Origin: Cenococcum geophilum | Taxonomy: Eukaryota | Length of the DNA: 64,000 bases | Assembly: GCA_050273025.1 (NCBI GenBank) | Contig: CP158636.1 | Location: forward strand, 8,308,001 to 8,372,000 | Direction: 5' to 3' | Part shown: piece by piece, positions 49,875 through 64,000 of the stretch | How the letters are laid out: the number at the start of each line of letters is the position of its first letter | How positions within the stretch are numbered: the first letter of the stretch is position 1 | Notes under the pieces: model-generated | What the model was told of the DNA's origin: nothing | The model's database searches: none | What the model saw: only the letters and a program-made list of their open reading frames with translations | Program-made: the position numbers and the translations under genes

Positions 49875-52800
49875 TGTCGGTATACTCACTTTATCAACGT
49901 GCACGAATATCACTTGTAGTGGTACGTATGCGGTGTTAAAGTTGGTAGTTAGTTGTTGTTAGAAGAAAGGGGTTGCTCCAAGGTTAGATAGTTAGTCTCG
50001 CTTCGTAGTCTTATAACTACGTCACGTAATTAACGTTCCGACACTAGAGCAACTCTAAAAAGAAGGCTAATCTATACTCCAAAGTTAAGTCTTCTAGACT
50101 ACTCGTAGCGTATACGCAATAGCTAGCTCTTCCGTCTATAATACGTAATAGCTAGAGATCTAATCGATACGTAATAATCTGCCAAATTCTACCAAAATTC
50201 TGCCAAATTCTGCCATGCCGTTGAACCAGCCAATTAGGATTTTCTATCCCCGGGATAAAAAATCGCTATTAGTTCGCCCGCCACTAGCGCCTTAGCGGTT
50301 GGCTTTGTATAGTCTAAGCTTATTACACCTAGTTAAACTAAAGCCGACTCCGTTTGTTTAACCCACCCTATAGCCTATAATTTAACCTTTGTCGTAGCAT
50401 CTATAGGGTTAGTATCTCCATTAATATCGATTATTAAGCGTTTCTTTTACGTAGTTCCTTATCGGATGAGATAGTTATATAAAGACTTTAAATTAGTGTA
50501 GAGAATTACGGACATTACGAATATTGCGGATATTGTTAATATTGCGGATCTTGCGGATATTGCGGATATTGCGGATATTGCGGATTTTGCAGATATTGCA
50601 GATATTAGACACTGCGGATATTAGATACTAGTGTCTTGGCGGTATAAATAGGTAGGCGTGTATAAGGTATTATGGGTAGTCCTATAATACTATCTTAGCT
50701 ATATCCTAGGAGCTCTTAGGGCTGCTAAGGGTAGCCTTCGGCTAGGCCTTAGCTACCTCCTATAAGCTCTTTAGGCTTACAGCCTCCTTCCTCCCCTATT
50801 AGTTCGTCTCTCTCTTTCTCCTATATAAGGGTATTGCCTACTCCCTACTATACACCTAGGCAATGCCTTATAGTTTATTTATTTAACCTACGCTAATAGA
50901 GTTATAGGCTTTAACTGGAACCCCCTCCATATTAACACCTGTAGTACTTGCGTACTATTTAAATCCTTTATAGCTAAGGTTTTAGCCGTTTTGGTTACAG
51001 CTTTAGTTATTCTAGTTATAATTCCGGCCTTAATCTTAACTATAGTAGCGGCAATCTGTAAAGGTAGTATACGCTCCTTAACTGGGGTATTCCTTCTCCT
51101 ATGCAACGGTTAAAGATTGTAACTTATTAATTAACTAAGATAAGTCTTCTTTAGGGTTTAAGACGGCAGTTCTATAGGTAGGAACTCCCTAGTAAGCCTT
51201 TTAGTTGTCTATATAGATCTTTATAATTATAGCCACCTCCTTATTATATTTAGGTCTTTACCTAGGTCCTTACTCCATACTAGGTATAGTTAGCCTAGGT
51301 GGTATATATATGTATAGCTGCTACAGTTACTACAGCTACTGTGGTTGCTGCTCTCTTAACTATAGCAATTGGTTATAATTGGAGGATTAAGGACTGGGAG
51401 GGGTAGTAGGGGTAGTAGGGGCAGCGGGGGCAGTAGGGGTAGCAGGGGTAGTGATTGGGGTAGCTGGTGGTGCAGCGATTGGGATAACTAGTAGTGCGGT
51501 AGTTAGAATAGCTGGTGGAATTAGCGGAGCAGCTAGTGGTAGGGTAGGAGCAGTTACTAGAGGGAGGGTAGAGGTAGTTAGTATAGCTTGCCGGGGTATA
51601 GATATAATAGATAGTTAAGGTATTATAGGGGTAGGTATCTGCGTTCTGGGTGGTATTGTAGCTATAGCTATAGCTATAGGCTAAACTAATTCTGGGCTAA
51701 TAGCTAAACCGTTAAGAGTATAGTTTGGTCTATCTCTAGTAGTACTAGGGTAAAGATACCGGGTAGGAGGAGGACTAGGTAGGGTAGAAGTACCAAAAGG
51801 GGCAGTAGGGGTAGTGATTGGGGTAGCTAGCGGTAGGGGTAGTTGCGGCGGAGACTTTATAGGTAGTTGTGGTATTATAGGGGTAGGTATCTACGTTCTG
51901 GGCGGTGTTATAGCTATAGGCTAAATTAATTCTGGGCCAATAGCTAAACCGTTAAGAGTATGGTTTAGTCTACCCCTAATAGTACTAGGGTAAAGATACC
52001 GGGCAAGAGGAGGACTAGGTGGGGTAGTAACTATAGCTATAGGCTAACCTAATAGACCGTCACGAGTGTAGTTTAACCTATCTCGTAGTGCTCTTGTAGC
52101 CAGTGGTTCTGCTAACTCCTTAATAGTTGCTACGATCTCTTTATCTGTCCATTAATATAGCTCTTCTTCTTATATAACTTTAAATAATAGCTTAAATATA
52201 GTAATTCTGCTAGTGCGTCTGCCTATATAAATACCTCTTTTAAGGAGATGTCTTCGTAGCTTAGATCTAATATCTATACGTATCTTCTTAAAGCTCTCTA
52301 CTGTAAACCCCTCGAACTACTCCCAAAAGATATACTATAAGTCGTTGTCTATAAGGTCTTGTGTTAGATATATTGTTGTTTCTACGAACTTTACTAGCTC
52401 GTCTTTTATAGCCTTGTCTACATTAATTCCGTATCTATATTTACTGGCTATTACGGCCCATTCTTTTTCCGTTAGTTCTATAGTTATAGGTATAAGGGTA
52501 GGTATAAGGGTAGGTATAAGGGTAGTATAAGGGTAGTCGAGAGGGTAGGTATAAGGGTGGTTAAGGGTAAAGATGTTAAGGTAAGGGTATTAAGGTAAGG
52601 GTGTAAAGGTGTGTACGTATCCTATTGACGAATCTACAGTTCTTAGACACTATAGACGATTCTTAGCAAAGATACGGTCCTCTAGGCGATCTAACGCGTT
52701 AACAGTTAAGTTAATACGTAGTTTTAAGCTTTAAGGGTCCTCTAGGCAATCTAACACATTAGCAAGCTAATACGTGGTTTTAAGCTTTAAGGATAACGTA

Positions 52801-53180
52801 GCTCTCTCTAAGTAAAGATACGGTTCTCTAGGCGATTTAACGCGTTAGCAGTTAAGCTAATACGTGGTTTTAAGCTTTAAGGGTAACGTAGTTTTCTCCT
52901 TTAACTAAAATAGGGCGATAGCTCTGCGATTTAATACGTTAGCAGTTAAGCTAATACGTAGTTTCGAGCTTTGCTATTACGTATTTCCTAATCTATATAT
53001 CTACTAATCAGTATCGGTATACTCGCTTTATCAACGTGTATAAATATTACTTGTAGTAGTACGTATACGGTGTTAAAGTTAGTAGTTGGTTGTTGTTAGA
53101 AGAAAGGGGTTGCTCCAAGGTTAGACAGTTAGTCTCGCTTCGTAGTCTCGTGACTACGTCACGTGATTAACGTTCCGACA
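49875..53180 (-). mobile_element. Non-autonomous, internally deleted Copia-derived LTR element (3.3 kb)
   Basis: 169-bp direct repeats at 49875-50043 and 53012-53180 (TG...CA), exact 5-bp TSD GTTAC, RNase H-end relic (KSLY...GTT.KKRLIID...NPIDATTK) at about 50370-50510, Pro-rich gag-like relic. Confidence 0.9.
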
Positions 53181-54477
53181 GTTACCCTTAATTAAGTAAT
53201 TCTTAGGGGATTCCTTATGTAAATGCACTTTAAGGTTATATAGGAAGGAGTTAAACTAGAAATGCCTATAGATTAAATCGCTTATATAGGATTATTCTTA
53301 ACGGGAAAGGCACTTAAGTAGTTTAAACTTTACCTTATAGAGGTATAGGAGTATAGTATAACAACTACTAACTAGGAGGTATAGTATATATTCTTAAGTT
53401 AAAGCAGGTTTATAAAACGATTAACGTAAATATTTAAAGACCTAAAGGTAACCACTATAGTAAAAAGAAAACTTTAAAACCTAGTATAAAGGACTTTAGT
53501 AATTAAGTATATAACGTAGTTTTAAATATTAGTAATATAGGTTAAATAGAATAATAAGGCGCTTATAGCATAGTATAAACAGGGACTTAAAGTAAAAGTC
53601 TAGGATATAATTATCCTAATAGAAGATATGGATACTCTTAGGGATTTAATTAATTAAGTAATTAAGATTATTAATAGGATTTACTAAAGAGAGCAGACTA
53701 AGAAGGGTTAGGATAGAGTTTTATAGTTATATAAGGCGCAAAGCACGCAATAATAAAGTTAAAATTAAAAACTATAGTATAGCGCAGAGCTAATAGACCT
53801 AAGTAGTACTAAAGGAAAAAAAAAAAAAAAAAATTATAGAAACCTAAAGAATAAAGATTAAGTAATTAAAGGTTTAAGGAGTAAAGGCTAAACTAGGGAT
53901 CTTAGTAGCAGAAGACGTTTAGGCAGACTCTATAGTAAGAAAAATGGTTTAAAAAAGGGGCTTATATAAATTGCGGAAAATAAGGTTATTATATTAAAAA
54001 CTATAAAAGTAGGTAGAGTTACTATATAGTAAAAGGAATAAAACTAATAGATAATATATATATATAGAGGGATAATAATATGCTATAAGGAACAAAAAAA
54101 TATTTAATTAAGAGTTTTGCGTTTTATTATAATAATATATACCAAATTTATAAAGACGCTAAGTATAGCGTAAGCTATTAGCTATAGAAGCTAAAATTAT
54201 TAAAGTTTAAAGGAATTAATAAACTAGTTTATAGATCGGATATTAAGGATAATAAATTTAATATAGGTAAAATATTTAGTAATAATAAGGTAATAAAGGT
54301 AGCTTATTAGGAGTATATAGACCTTAAAGATATTATAAAAGAAGTAGAGGATAATTCCACTATAGAATAGGAAATATTAGTAGGGATTAAGACCCCACTA
54401 AATATAATATCTATTGCTTTATAAAATATAAAAGAAATAGGACGATAAACCACTTTAGCACTTAATAAAGGTAAAAG

Positions 54478-57400
54478 TGTCGGGAATGAGGCAATTTGCC
54501 CTTATGTGCGGCATATTGCCGTTACGTGAGGCAACTTGCCGTCACGTGCCGTCGCGGCACTAGCGTGGTGAGGAACCTTAATGTTCCTTACCCTCCCCTA
54601 TCTAGAATAATAACCTTTTCCATTACTATATCTACTCGAGTAGTATTAGTAATTTGCCCTATGTTTTTAACACTAATTAGTGGTTAAATATACAGTTAAC
54701 TATAGAGTAGCTAGGTTATTAATAGAAGAGACAGTCTCGTGCAGGGGTGCTATATGCGCTTATATGGAATGGATCCTGGCGATACTATGCTACCTTAAAC
54801 TTATAGAAAACTAGTAATAGAAGTGTTACTAAGTACTAGGAGATACTAAGTTACGTCTATTATATAGAACAATTACGTTTATAAAGATTTGGTTAAGTAC
54901 TTTAGGTTAGAAGTGTTACTAAACCTAAAGTTCTAAGTTAATGTCCAAAACACGTTAAACAATATCTTAAATTGCCTACCTTTAGATAGTAAACCTATAA
55001 GATCCTATAAAACCAAAAATCCTACCTACCTTTAATGTATAATACCTCGTCAATTCTACTTACTATAGCGTTAACCTATCTAAAGAAGTATAAGAAAGAT
55101 ATTAACCCGGAGATATAAAATAGAGCCGTAACCAACTTTATAACCGCTAAGTAATAAAACCTAAATGGATTCTTAGTATACTATATAGAACACTATAAAG
55201 ATAGCGAATATAATGATATTGTACTATAATATTGTATAAAGGAGGACTTTATTAGATAGATAAAGGAAATATAGGTTCCTATAAATAAAGATATTATATA
55301 GGACTTCCGTAACTTCCTTTAGGAGTATAGAGTATTTGTTCCTATAGATGGGGGTAGTATTAGGGACAATATTTAGGAACACGTTATTAATATAAAGGAA
55401 GAGCATAAATGGACTCTATAAGAGATTAAGCACCAACTACGCACTATAAAGAAGCTTAAATTACGATAGAACCCAAGTAATATACTACTAGAGACACGTT
55501 CTAACTCTATTACTCTAGGTACAAGTTCTAATATTCCATATCTATTACCTCTACCTCTGTCTTTAACTCCCTTATATTAACCAGCTTAACCTATAGCCTT
55601 AATTAACAACCCCTAATAAGCGCAAGATCCCCTTACTTCGCGGTTTAATAACCTTTAAACTCTGCCAACTAGATCTATGTTACTATTATAGCCTATAATA
55701 CAATACAGCTAAACACTAATTAGAGGCACCTTAAAAATGCTTACAGAGCTTATAAAGCTCTATTTAGAATAGGAGAAGAAGTTTAGCGGAGAACTATATA
55801 ATATCCTCAATTTAAAGTTACGCATCTTCTATAACTGTTGCTAGAAGGTTAGACTAGAACCCAATTAATACCATATTACTTATTTAGTTATGCTTAAGGG
55901 CCGAGCTAGTACCTTCTATTATAATCGTTTGGCAGAAAAAGGATACGATTTTAACCGAATAATATATAAAATAAAATGCCACTTTAAAATAGAGGAGAAT
56001 AAGCAGCAGTATATGTTGGAGTGGAGAGAGACTACCTTTTTAAGAATTATTGCTATAAACCCAGGTGCCTCTTGACTTAATTGTCTTTAAAAGCTTTTTA
56101 ATTAACTCTAGATAATTTAGCGTGGTTTATCTAAATTATATTAAGAGGACTTTAGCCTATGTGATTAAGTTATTAGCGCATGCCGAGGTATTAAAGAATG
56201 TAACCTTGCTCTCTTTAACCCTGTAAGTACTTATAAAGGAGTATATACTTAATTAAGATCCTTTATTAGCACCGCCCTACGCTTTTAAGAAGTATAGCAA
56301 TTTAACGCCCAACTTTAACCTACTTTAATTAACCTAGCTAACTAACATAATTATAACTAGACTAATTAAATATATAGTGGTCGTAGCAGGGAATATAGTA
56401 GAGGGTACGATTAACGTTAACTATAAAGCAATTATAGAGGTCCTTATGGAGGTTCATTTCGCAATAATTAGCAGAAGAAATACTATATTTGTAAGAAGCT
56501 AAATTACTAGTTAACTAGACACCCCCTTAATAGACAAAAGGAGGTATATAATAAGTTTCGCTAGAGCGCACGAAATGTTAGAAACTAAGAAGTTACTATA
56601 GCCTACTTCTAAAGTTTCCTGGTTTAATATAAAGGCGAAGAAGATCTTAAGGGTAAGATTAATAAGGCTAAACAGCTCCTTATAGATATAGAAATTAAGG
56701 ACTACTCTCCTAACTAATACTTTATTAAATATGGTAAGGTAAATAGTATATAAACCGTTGCTGTCCTTAATAACCAATCTACGCTCCATTCTGTTATAAG
56801 GTTAGATATCTTTAATAAGCTAAAAAAAAGTTCTGCGTTCTCCTTTAATAACAGATACTCGGCGAACGTCTTTTATAGTATTATACCAGATACTAGAGCC
56901 GCAGGAGTATCTATAGTAGGAGAACCTTAAGTCTAAGCTTTTTAGTAGCTTAATAGTTCTGTTTAGATTAACTAATTAACGGCAGGCCAATATATAATTT
57001 GCTTTAATAAGGGTACTATAATCTCTCTTAGCATAATTAAGGTCTAAACCCCGTTAGGATATATCACTTTCTATATTATTCCCGCAAATACCCCATTTCT
57101 ATTCTATATCCAAAATATAAACAAATTAGGCGTTAAACTTAATAACCTTAAGAATATACTTGTTTAGGGAGATAATCGGGTGCCTATTATACATAAGTAG
57201 GGTTACCCTTAGTTACTCCTTTAATAGCTAGAAAGGAGCGTTGCTTAAAGTCACTTAACTAAGTTAAAGCTACGTTAACTATATCGTTATTTTAGCCACC
57301 TATCCGTTTACTAACTACTTAGGGTTCTTTAATAAGTAGGTTATAAAGTTAAGGTTAAGGCAATTAAACATCTTATAAAGTACTGCTATTACTGCTAAAT

Positions 57401-60400
57401 AAACTAGAAGTCCCCTAGCCGATTTAAGTTTACCCTTAAAAACAACTACGACTTTAACTTCTGTATTATTATAGATGTTATATATCTTAGCGGCAAGCTA
57501 GTACTCTAAGTTATTAACTTCTTAACCTCCTTCTAAGCCGCACGCTTTTTAAAAGATATATTAGCTAGGAACGCATAGGATACTCTTTAATTATGCTAGA
57601 TTAATGTCTACTTAGGACCCCCTAATTAAATTATTTATAATATAGGAAAGAACTTCTTATCTACAGAGTTTTAATAATAGGTAAAGGCAATAATAATTGA
57701 GGTTAAGGAAGTCCCTATTAAGGCATATAATAGTATTAGAAAGGTAGAATAATACTATACGCCATTACGCCGCGTATATAAGATTATTTCTTTAGAACTA
57801 AAGGGTGCTAGCGAAGAGCTTATCCTATAGATGGCTGTTAAGGCTATTAACGATACTACTGGCCTAGATAGGCTCGTACCTATATTGCTAGTCTTTAGCG
57901 CCTACCCTTAAATAACTAACAATTCTCTACTATCTCCCTCTATTATGTAACGAGCTAAGGTAATTCATAAGGTAATAAAGGAGGTACAATATCTCTACGC
58001 CATACGCTAGGTTAATAATGCACTAGGAATAAGAAATAGCCTAAACACCTTAACTACGCTTAATCTGCCACTCTAATCTAAGGTACGCGTATAGCGTAAA
58101 AAGGGAGAATAGTTAGGCCTATATAAACTTATTATAATTAATAGTTAGACTTATACTCTTTAGATGCCCTATAGACCTACTTAATTCCGTTTAACTGTTA
58201 TTAAGCCTTATTATAAAGATAATAGTTCCAAGCCTTTATAGGATACCCTAGAAGATACCCTAGGAGATGCCCTAGAGGAGAACCACAATTAACGTGCCCT
58301 AGAAGGCGACTACGACCCCAATATAATTGTAGTAGATACGCCGCAACTACGACGCGGTAGAGGTTGCCTAAAAGGATTACAAAACCGCTAATACCTTGTT
58401 AATTTTAAAGAGTAACTTATTACCGCCATTAAGAATAGAGTTGAGCTATTAATGGCCTTTATAACAGCTAAAGAGAAGGCTAACTTTAAGCTCGCAAAAT
58501 AGCTCTAAAAGGAAGGCCGTATTATAACTTTAGGAGCTCCTTTCTAAGCATCTAATAAGTAGGAGATTAACGGTCTTATTGTAAGAGGAGTCTTTAAGTT
58601 TAAGAAGTATAACCCTACTAAGTTTAATAGGGTTCGCATATTTAGGTTAAGAATAGTTAATAAGATTAAAGGTAAAGCTACTAATACCCTATTTAAGAAG
58701 TTAAGGCTAGTTATTTAAGGTTATAATAACGACGGTAAGGAAGTAATTCTTATACAATCCCCTATAATTTAACGAGCTAGTTAGCAAGTTATTGTTGCGC
58801 TAGCTCCCTCCTTAATAAAGAATAGAATGGCGGTTTATTTGCGAGATATTACCCAGGCCTATACCTAATTAGAGACACGCCTTTAGCGCTTAATACTAGC
58901 ATACCTTCTAGAGCAAATTCGCCACCAATATCCCGAAGATATAATTATAGTTGTGCTTAAGCCACTATATAGAATCGCAGAGGCAGGAACTTATTAGTGG
59001 GCTACTTACAGCAAGCACTATAAAGAGAAGCTTTTAATAACTACTTCTATATTCGATCCCTACTTCCTTATTACAGCTACGGGAACTCTATTTAGAATCG
59101 TTAGCATGCAAATAAATAATATAATTATCTTAGGAGACGACTAATTCTTAGCTCTTAAAGAAGATAAGCTAATAAAGGCAAATCTTATAGCAAAGCTAAA
59201 GGAAAGACTTAATTTAATAACACTATTACTCTTTAATAGATGCATTATTTCCCTAAATAAGGATTCTATTGCCCTACGCCAGAAAGGTTAAGGCAAGAAG
59301 ATTAACGTTATTAACGTTAATTCTCCAAAGTAAGGATATGTAGAGTAACGCGCTTACGGAGCTTATATAGCTTCTATTTATTAACCTAAAGCTTCCTTTA
59401 ATCTCTCTATTGCCGCTTAATACTAAGAACTAACTAAGGAGGATATTCTTGCCCTAAATAAGCGTCTTTTCTAGTAAAGGAGCCATCTTAATTGAGGACT
59501 ACTCTACGTACCTATTAACCTTCCTACCGCCAAGCTTTTTGTATTTATTAATAAATTGTTTATAAACAATAAAGATTTTAGCTCCTAGCTAGGATATAAG
59601 ATTATTATCGCGAATAAATCTACTAGAGAGAGTGACTTTACAATCTATAGTAATCTTATCTATTAGAGCTTAACTAAGAGCAAATACGTTACTTAAAGCG
59701 TTCTAGCGTTAGAGATATATAGAATGGTCGGCGGAGTTAATATAGTAATTGCAATTAGAACTACCTTAAAGATAATTACAGATTAACTTAAACTCCCCGT
59801 TATCCCTATAATTGTATACACTAACTTATATTCCCTCTATAAGTGTTTAGTTAAGCTTAGTACCATAAAGGAGAAGCGCCTTATAATTAATATTATAGCA
59901 CTACAGCAATCTTACGAGCGTTAAGAACTCTTTAAAATTTAATGGATTAATAGCTAAGATAACTTAGTAAATGCGATAACGAAGGTAAACCCAAATAAGG
60001 CACTAGAGACGTTTGTTAATATAAATACTCTACGTATATAAGTTAAAGGTTAGGTTAAGAGGGAGTAGAAGATGCGGCAAGGGCCACTAAGGCGCTAGTA
60101 GTAAGTGAGCTAATAGCAATTTTCCATCCCGGGGATGGAAAATCGTGATTGGTTGGTAGAAGTCCGGGTCGGCAGAATAAGGCGTATTACCTACCAAATT
60201 CTACCATAGTCTGCCCACGGTCGTATTGTTATATACTATCTATTTATATATAGATAGTAACTATAAAAAGAAGAGTTGCCAGTGTTGGGAATGAGGCAAT
60301 TTGCCCTTACGTGCGGTATATTACCGTCACGTGAGGTAACTTGCCGTCACGTGCCGTCGCGGCACTAGCGTAGTGAGGAACCTTAATGTTCCTTACCCTC

Positions 60401-60477
60401 CCCTATCTAGAATAACAACCTTTTCCATTACTGTATCTACTTAAGTAGTATTAGTGATTTGCCCTGTGTTTCTAACA
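54478..60477 (+). mobile_element. Full-length Ty1/Copia retrotransposon (6.0 kb), RIP-inactivated
   Basis: 195-bp LTRs at 54478-54672 and 60283-60477, 5-bp TSD AAAAG, INT before RT (RLVI*G, RDITQAY, KPLY), RNase H (KEKRLIIN), purine tract before the 3' LTR. Confidence 0.95.
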
Positions 60478-63439
60478 AAAAGGCTATAGGCTTAAGATTT
60501 TTAAGATGAGATAAGAGATAACTAAGATTCTTAAGATAAAATAAGGTAAGCTTAAGGACCTATAATAGACAATAATTAATAGAGTAAAGTAACGGCTTAG
60601 TTTAGTAATATATAAATAAGTTTAGGACGAAGTTTCCTAAAGGTATAAGATTTTTAAGACAAAATAAGTAAAATTTAAGACTTTTAAGATAAGATAAGAA
60701 TACTAAAGAAGCCTAGTTAGACTAAGGCTAGAGCTAAGCTTAAGATAGAAGTAAGCTTAGGATTAAAAATCCTATAGGACTAAGATTTTAGCAACAGAAT
60801 AAGGACTATTAAAGAAATTGCGAGTAAGACTTAGTAGTAAGATCGAAAAGTTAATACTAAGATTAAGAAGTAGGAAGACTTTAAGGAGTTACTTATAAGG
60901 CGAAAACTAAAAGAAACTATAAAAGAGTTTAGGCAAAGAATTATCGTATAGTAAAAACAAAAGCTAGATTAGAGAACTAGTATACTAGGTTATATAAGGG
61001 ATAAAGCACCTATATAAAGAATTACTAATAGGCCTAAGGTAGGCACGCTAAGAGCTAAGTAGCTTATTAAACTAGAAAACAAAGAGGATTTAGGAATCCC
61101 TATTAGGTTTAAAGAATAATATATAAAGGGCTATTATAATATAGTAATAAAAAGGTACTTCCTTATAGATAAGCTATATATACTCTAGTAGCTATACTAA
61201 AAGTAGTATAGGTAACGACATAATAATAAGTAGGAAGATTTCTATATATAGTTAGATAAATAAGTTATTTAGGACCACCCTATTATAGAGAAGGCTATAA
61301 CTTATATTAAGGGAGCCTTAATTATAATATTAAAGGATTTAAAGAAACGATTAGAGGACTAGAGAAGTAAGAGATATATTATAGTACCTATAAATAAAGT
61401 TATAACGTTTAGATTAATATAATAAAGGTTTAAACTTAAAGATAAAAATAAGTTAAGAGTTAACCTAAAGCACCTAGTATATTATACGCTATTATAGATT
61501 ATATACGTAGACAATATATATAAAATATATAAGAATCCAAAAGAAAAGAATTGGAAATACCCTATAAGGATATATTAGGTGCTAAATAAGCAATAGTATA
61601 AAAATGCTAAGTATATATATAGATAGTATTTAACGGAAGTTTAAGAGTTAGAAGACTTAATACTTTAACTAAAAAAATTCCTTATAGAAGAGTGCTTAGA
61701 TAGATAATAGTAGTAGGAATGCCTAGAGAATATATATCTATAGTATATTAAGGATAAAAAGCGAACTAGGTATTAGCTAAAGAGTAAGCTAAGTATAATA
61801 GAATTAAGTAGCTAATAGTTAGGAAAAGTAAAGGCCTATAGAACTAGAGGGAGCTAGTAGTAGAGCCTTAGACCCTTAAAGGAATTTAAGGATAATACTT
61901 AAATTTACGAGTTAATTAGTAAGATTAGCAGTTTAAAGCATTAATAGATAGTAGAGTAATATAGAACTATATCTTACTAATAGCAGTTAAAAAAATAGGA
62001 TTACCTTATAGATAGAAGGAGTAACCTTACCTATTAGTTATAATTTTAGAAGATCTAATAGCCTATAAAGGAGGGATTATTAACCTTAAAATAGGACCTA
62101 TTTAGATAACTATTAAAGGGAGATAAATTAAGATGTCTTTTAATATCCTACTATTGGGATAGGATAAGGCAGTATTAAAAATACCTTAGTTATAAAAATA
62201 TAATCTAAAGATTAACTAGATTATAGGTTAGGTTAATATTAAGGATACTTAACACTATAAGACGCGATAATAAACTAAGTTAGAGTAATATATAAAGAGA
62301 CTAAGCGAGGCTTAAGTTATATACTAAAAAGATACTATAAGTATAGCAAAAAGCTATAGAGCCTAGAAAGTAAAAAGTTAGCAGATTATATAGTATAGGA
62401 CTATAAAATAGAGTTAGAACTAGGAATAAGTTTAAGGTTCTTTTTAACCTATAAGCTTACTTAAGAGGGGTTAAGAGCACTTAAAGAGTTTATCTAAAAG
62501 AACTTACGAAAGGGATATATTAGACTATCGCAATTATTAGCAGGTTATTTAGTATTGTTTATACCTAAGAAGAACAGAAAACTTAGGCTATATATTAACT
62601 ATAAATAGTTAAATAGCATCACTTAAAAGGATAAGTATCCTTTACCCTTAATTAGCGAAATCTAGGATCGGATAGGTAATGCGTAAATCTTTATAAAGAT
62701 AGATCTAAGATAGGCGTACTATTAGATTAGAATTAAGGAAGGCAATAAATAGAAGGCAGCCTTTAAGTTAAAAGAAGGACTATATAAGCTATTAGTTATA
62801 TAATTTAGGTTAATAAATACACTAGTAACGTTTTAGAAGTAAATTAATAGTATATTAAGAGAATACCTTAATGAGTTTATTATGGCATACCTTAATAATA
62901 TTATTATCTACTTAATGATAGAGGAAGAATACGGGGAATACGTTAAATGGGTTTTAAGAAGACTGTAAAAAGAATAGATATTAGTAGCAATTAAAAAATA
63001 CAAGTTCTTTATAAGGAAGACCAATTTTATTAAATTTATTATTAAACTAGGTTATATTAATATAGACCTAAAGAAAATTAAAGCTATAGTAAGTTAGTAA
63101 GAACTAGAAAATATAATATAGTTAAGGTTATTTCTAGGGTTTTGCAACTACTATAGGAGGTTTATAGCGTAGTGGTTAAAGAATATTAAACTATTTACTA
63201 AACTTATAAAGAAAGAGGAATTATAGGCATAGGGAGATAAATAAAGGAAGTTGTTTAAGGAACTTAAAGAGCTATTTACCTAGGAGCCAATCCTTAAAAT
63301 TTATTAACTAGGATTAAATACGGTTGTAGAAACAAACGTATTAGACTTTATACTAGGAGTATACTTACTATAGAGGTATAAGGACGCATAGCACCTAGTA
63401 GTATACTATAGTTGGAAAATAACACCACTAGAGTTAAAC

Positions 63440-64000
63440 TGTCACAGTGCTATAATAAAGTAGACTAAATAACTATGTTATGGTATAAAGAGGAGAAGAA
63501 GGTGGAAAGGGGGTATTATATATAAATAGTAGGGCCGGCCGCTAAGGTACTAGTAGTAGGCTAGCTAATAGTAGGAAATAGTATAAGACAGTATAAAATA
63601 GTATGCGTTAGGTTAGTGCCGTAATAGTACTTCTCTCCCCTAGATGGTTTAGTCCCTAAACTAAATAAATAACTCTAAAATAGGCAGTGTTTAGGGTCGC
63701 CTATTTTTTACTATAAAGATATTAGTTCCGCTTACCGCCCTTAACTAAGCTAATGGCAATTTTCTATGCTAGGTATAGAAAATCCTAATTAGTTAGTTTA
63801 GTAAGTAAGGTTAGCAGAACTCTATACTACTACCTAAATTGGTCTATATGGCATTTCTTAGTAAGAATCTGGCTAATTAAATAACTTTAACTACTGGTTA
63901 AAGTTCTATAACATCTTAACCACTATAAATTTTAATACGGTAGTTGGCTATAACCTTAGCGTAACTTTTCCTTATTTTATACCTAGTTTAGGGGTCCTAG
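63440..64000 (-). mobile_element. Another LTR element inserted in the Gypsy RNase H region (3' LTR about 63440-63626), truncated by the window end
   Basis: Gypsy pol stops abruptly at TGTCACAG. A reverse polypurine tract CTTCTCTCCCCT follows the ~185-bp segment. Confidence 0.65.

Larger units (their letters stand above)
49218..63439 (+). mobile_element. Ty3/Gypsy LTR retrotransposon, RIP-degraded, split by nested insertions
   Basis: TGTTACA start at 49218. Pol order PR (ALIDSRV, ~61940), RT (LFIPKKNRKLRLYINY; AYLNNII = YLDD, ~62890; FLGFCNYYRRF), RNase H (VETNVLDF). Joining the 49218 LTR to this pol is an inference. Confidence 0.8.

Noticed and set aside
1..64000. Starship element, tRNA or rRNA genes, secondary-metabolite cluster
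   Set aside because: I saw no tyrosine-recombinase captain, no RNA gene signature and no PKS/NRPS/terpene backbone gene.

Overview
Genomic DNA of a filamentous ascomycete (Pezizomycotina; GT-AG introns with CTAAC/CTGAC branch points, strong RIP C->T/G->A decay of repeats; exact taxon not determinable from this window). Gene-rich blocks (about 3.5-27.3 kb and 34.7-42.5 kb) alternate with AT-rich RIP-degraded transposon blocks (1-3.4 kb, 27.5-34.1 kb, 47.9-64 kb). Recognisable genes: membrane-anchored RlpA/expansin-like protein, CUE-domain protein, aldo-keto reductase (catalytic Asp apparently replaced), bZIP-DUF3425 pseudogene, DUF7730-like protein, MOSC/mARC-like protein, RAD55-like RecA paralog and creA. 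The most interesting part is 13.9-25.3 kb, which holds two adjacent head-to-head gene pairs: (i) two diverged paralogs of an unassigned ~45-aa repeat family with identical intron positions, one ending in a J-domain-like HPD motif; (ii) a NACHT-like protein with a degenerate Walker A motif and no sensor repeats, facing an intact DUF7025-type AAA+ ATPase. The transposon blocks include a hAT element carrying an intron-containing DUF3716-like cargo gene, a tandem MITE pair inside one 8-bp duplication, and a nested hAT>Gypsy>Copia stack with exact target-site duplications. Gene models were spliced by eye and family names come from motif recognition, not database searches.
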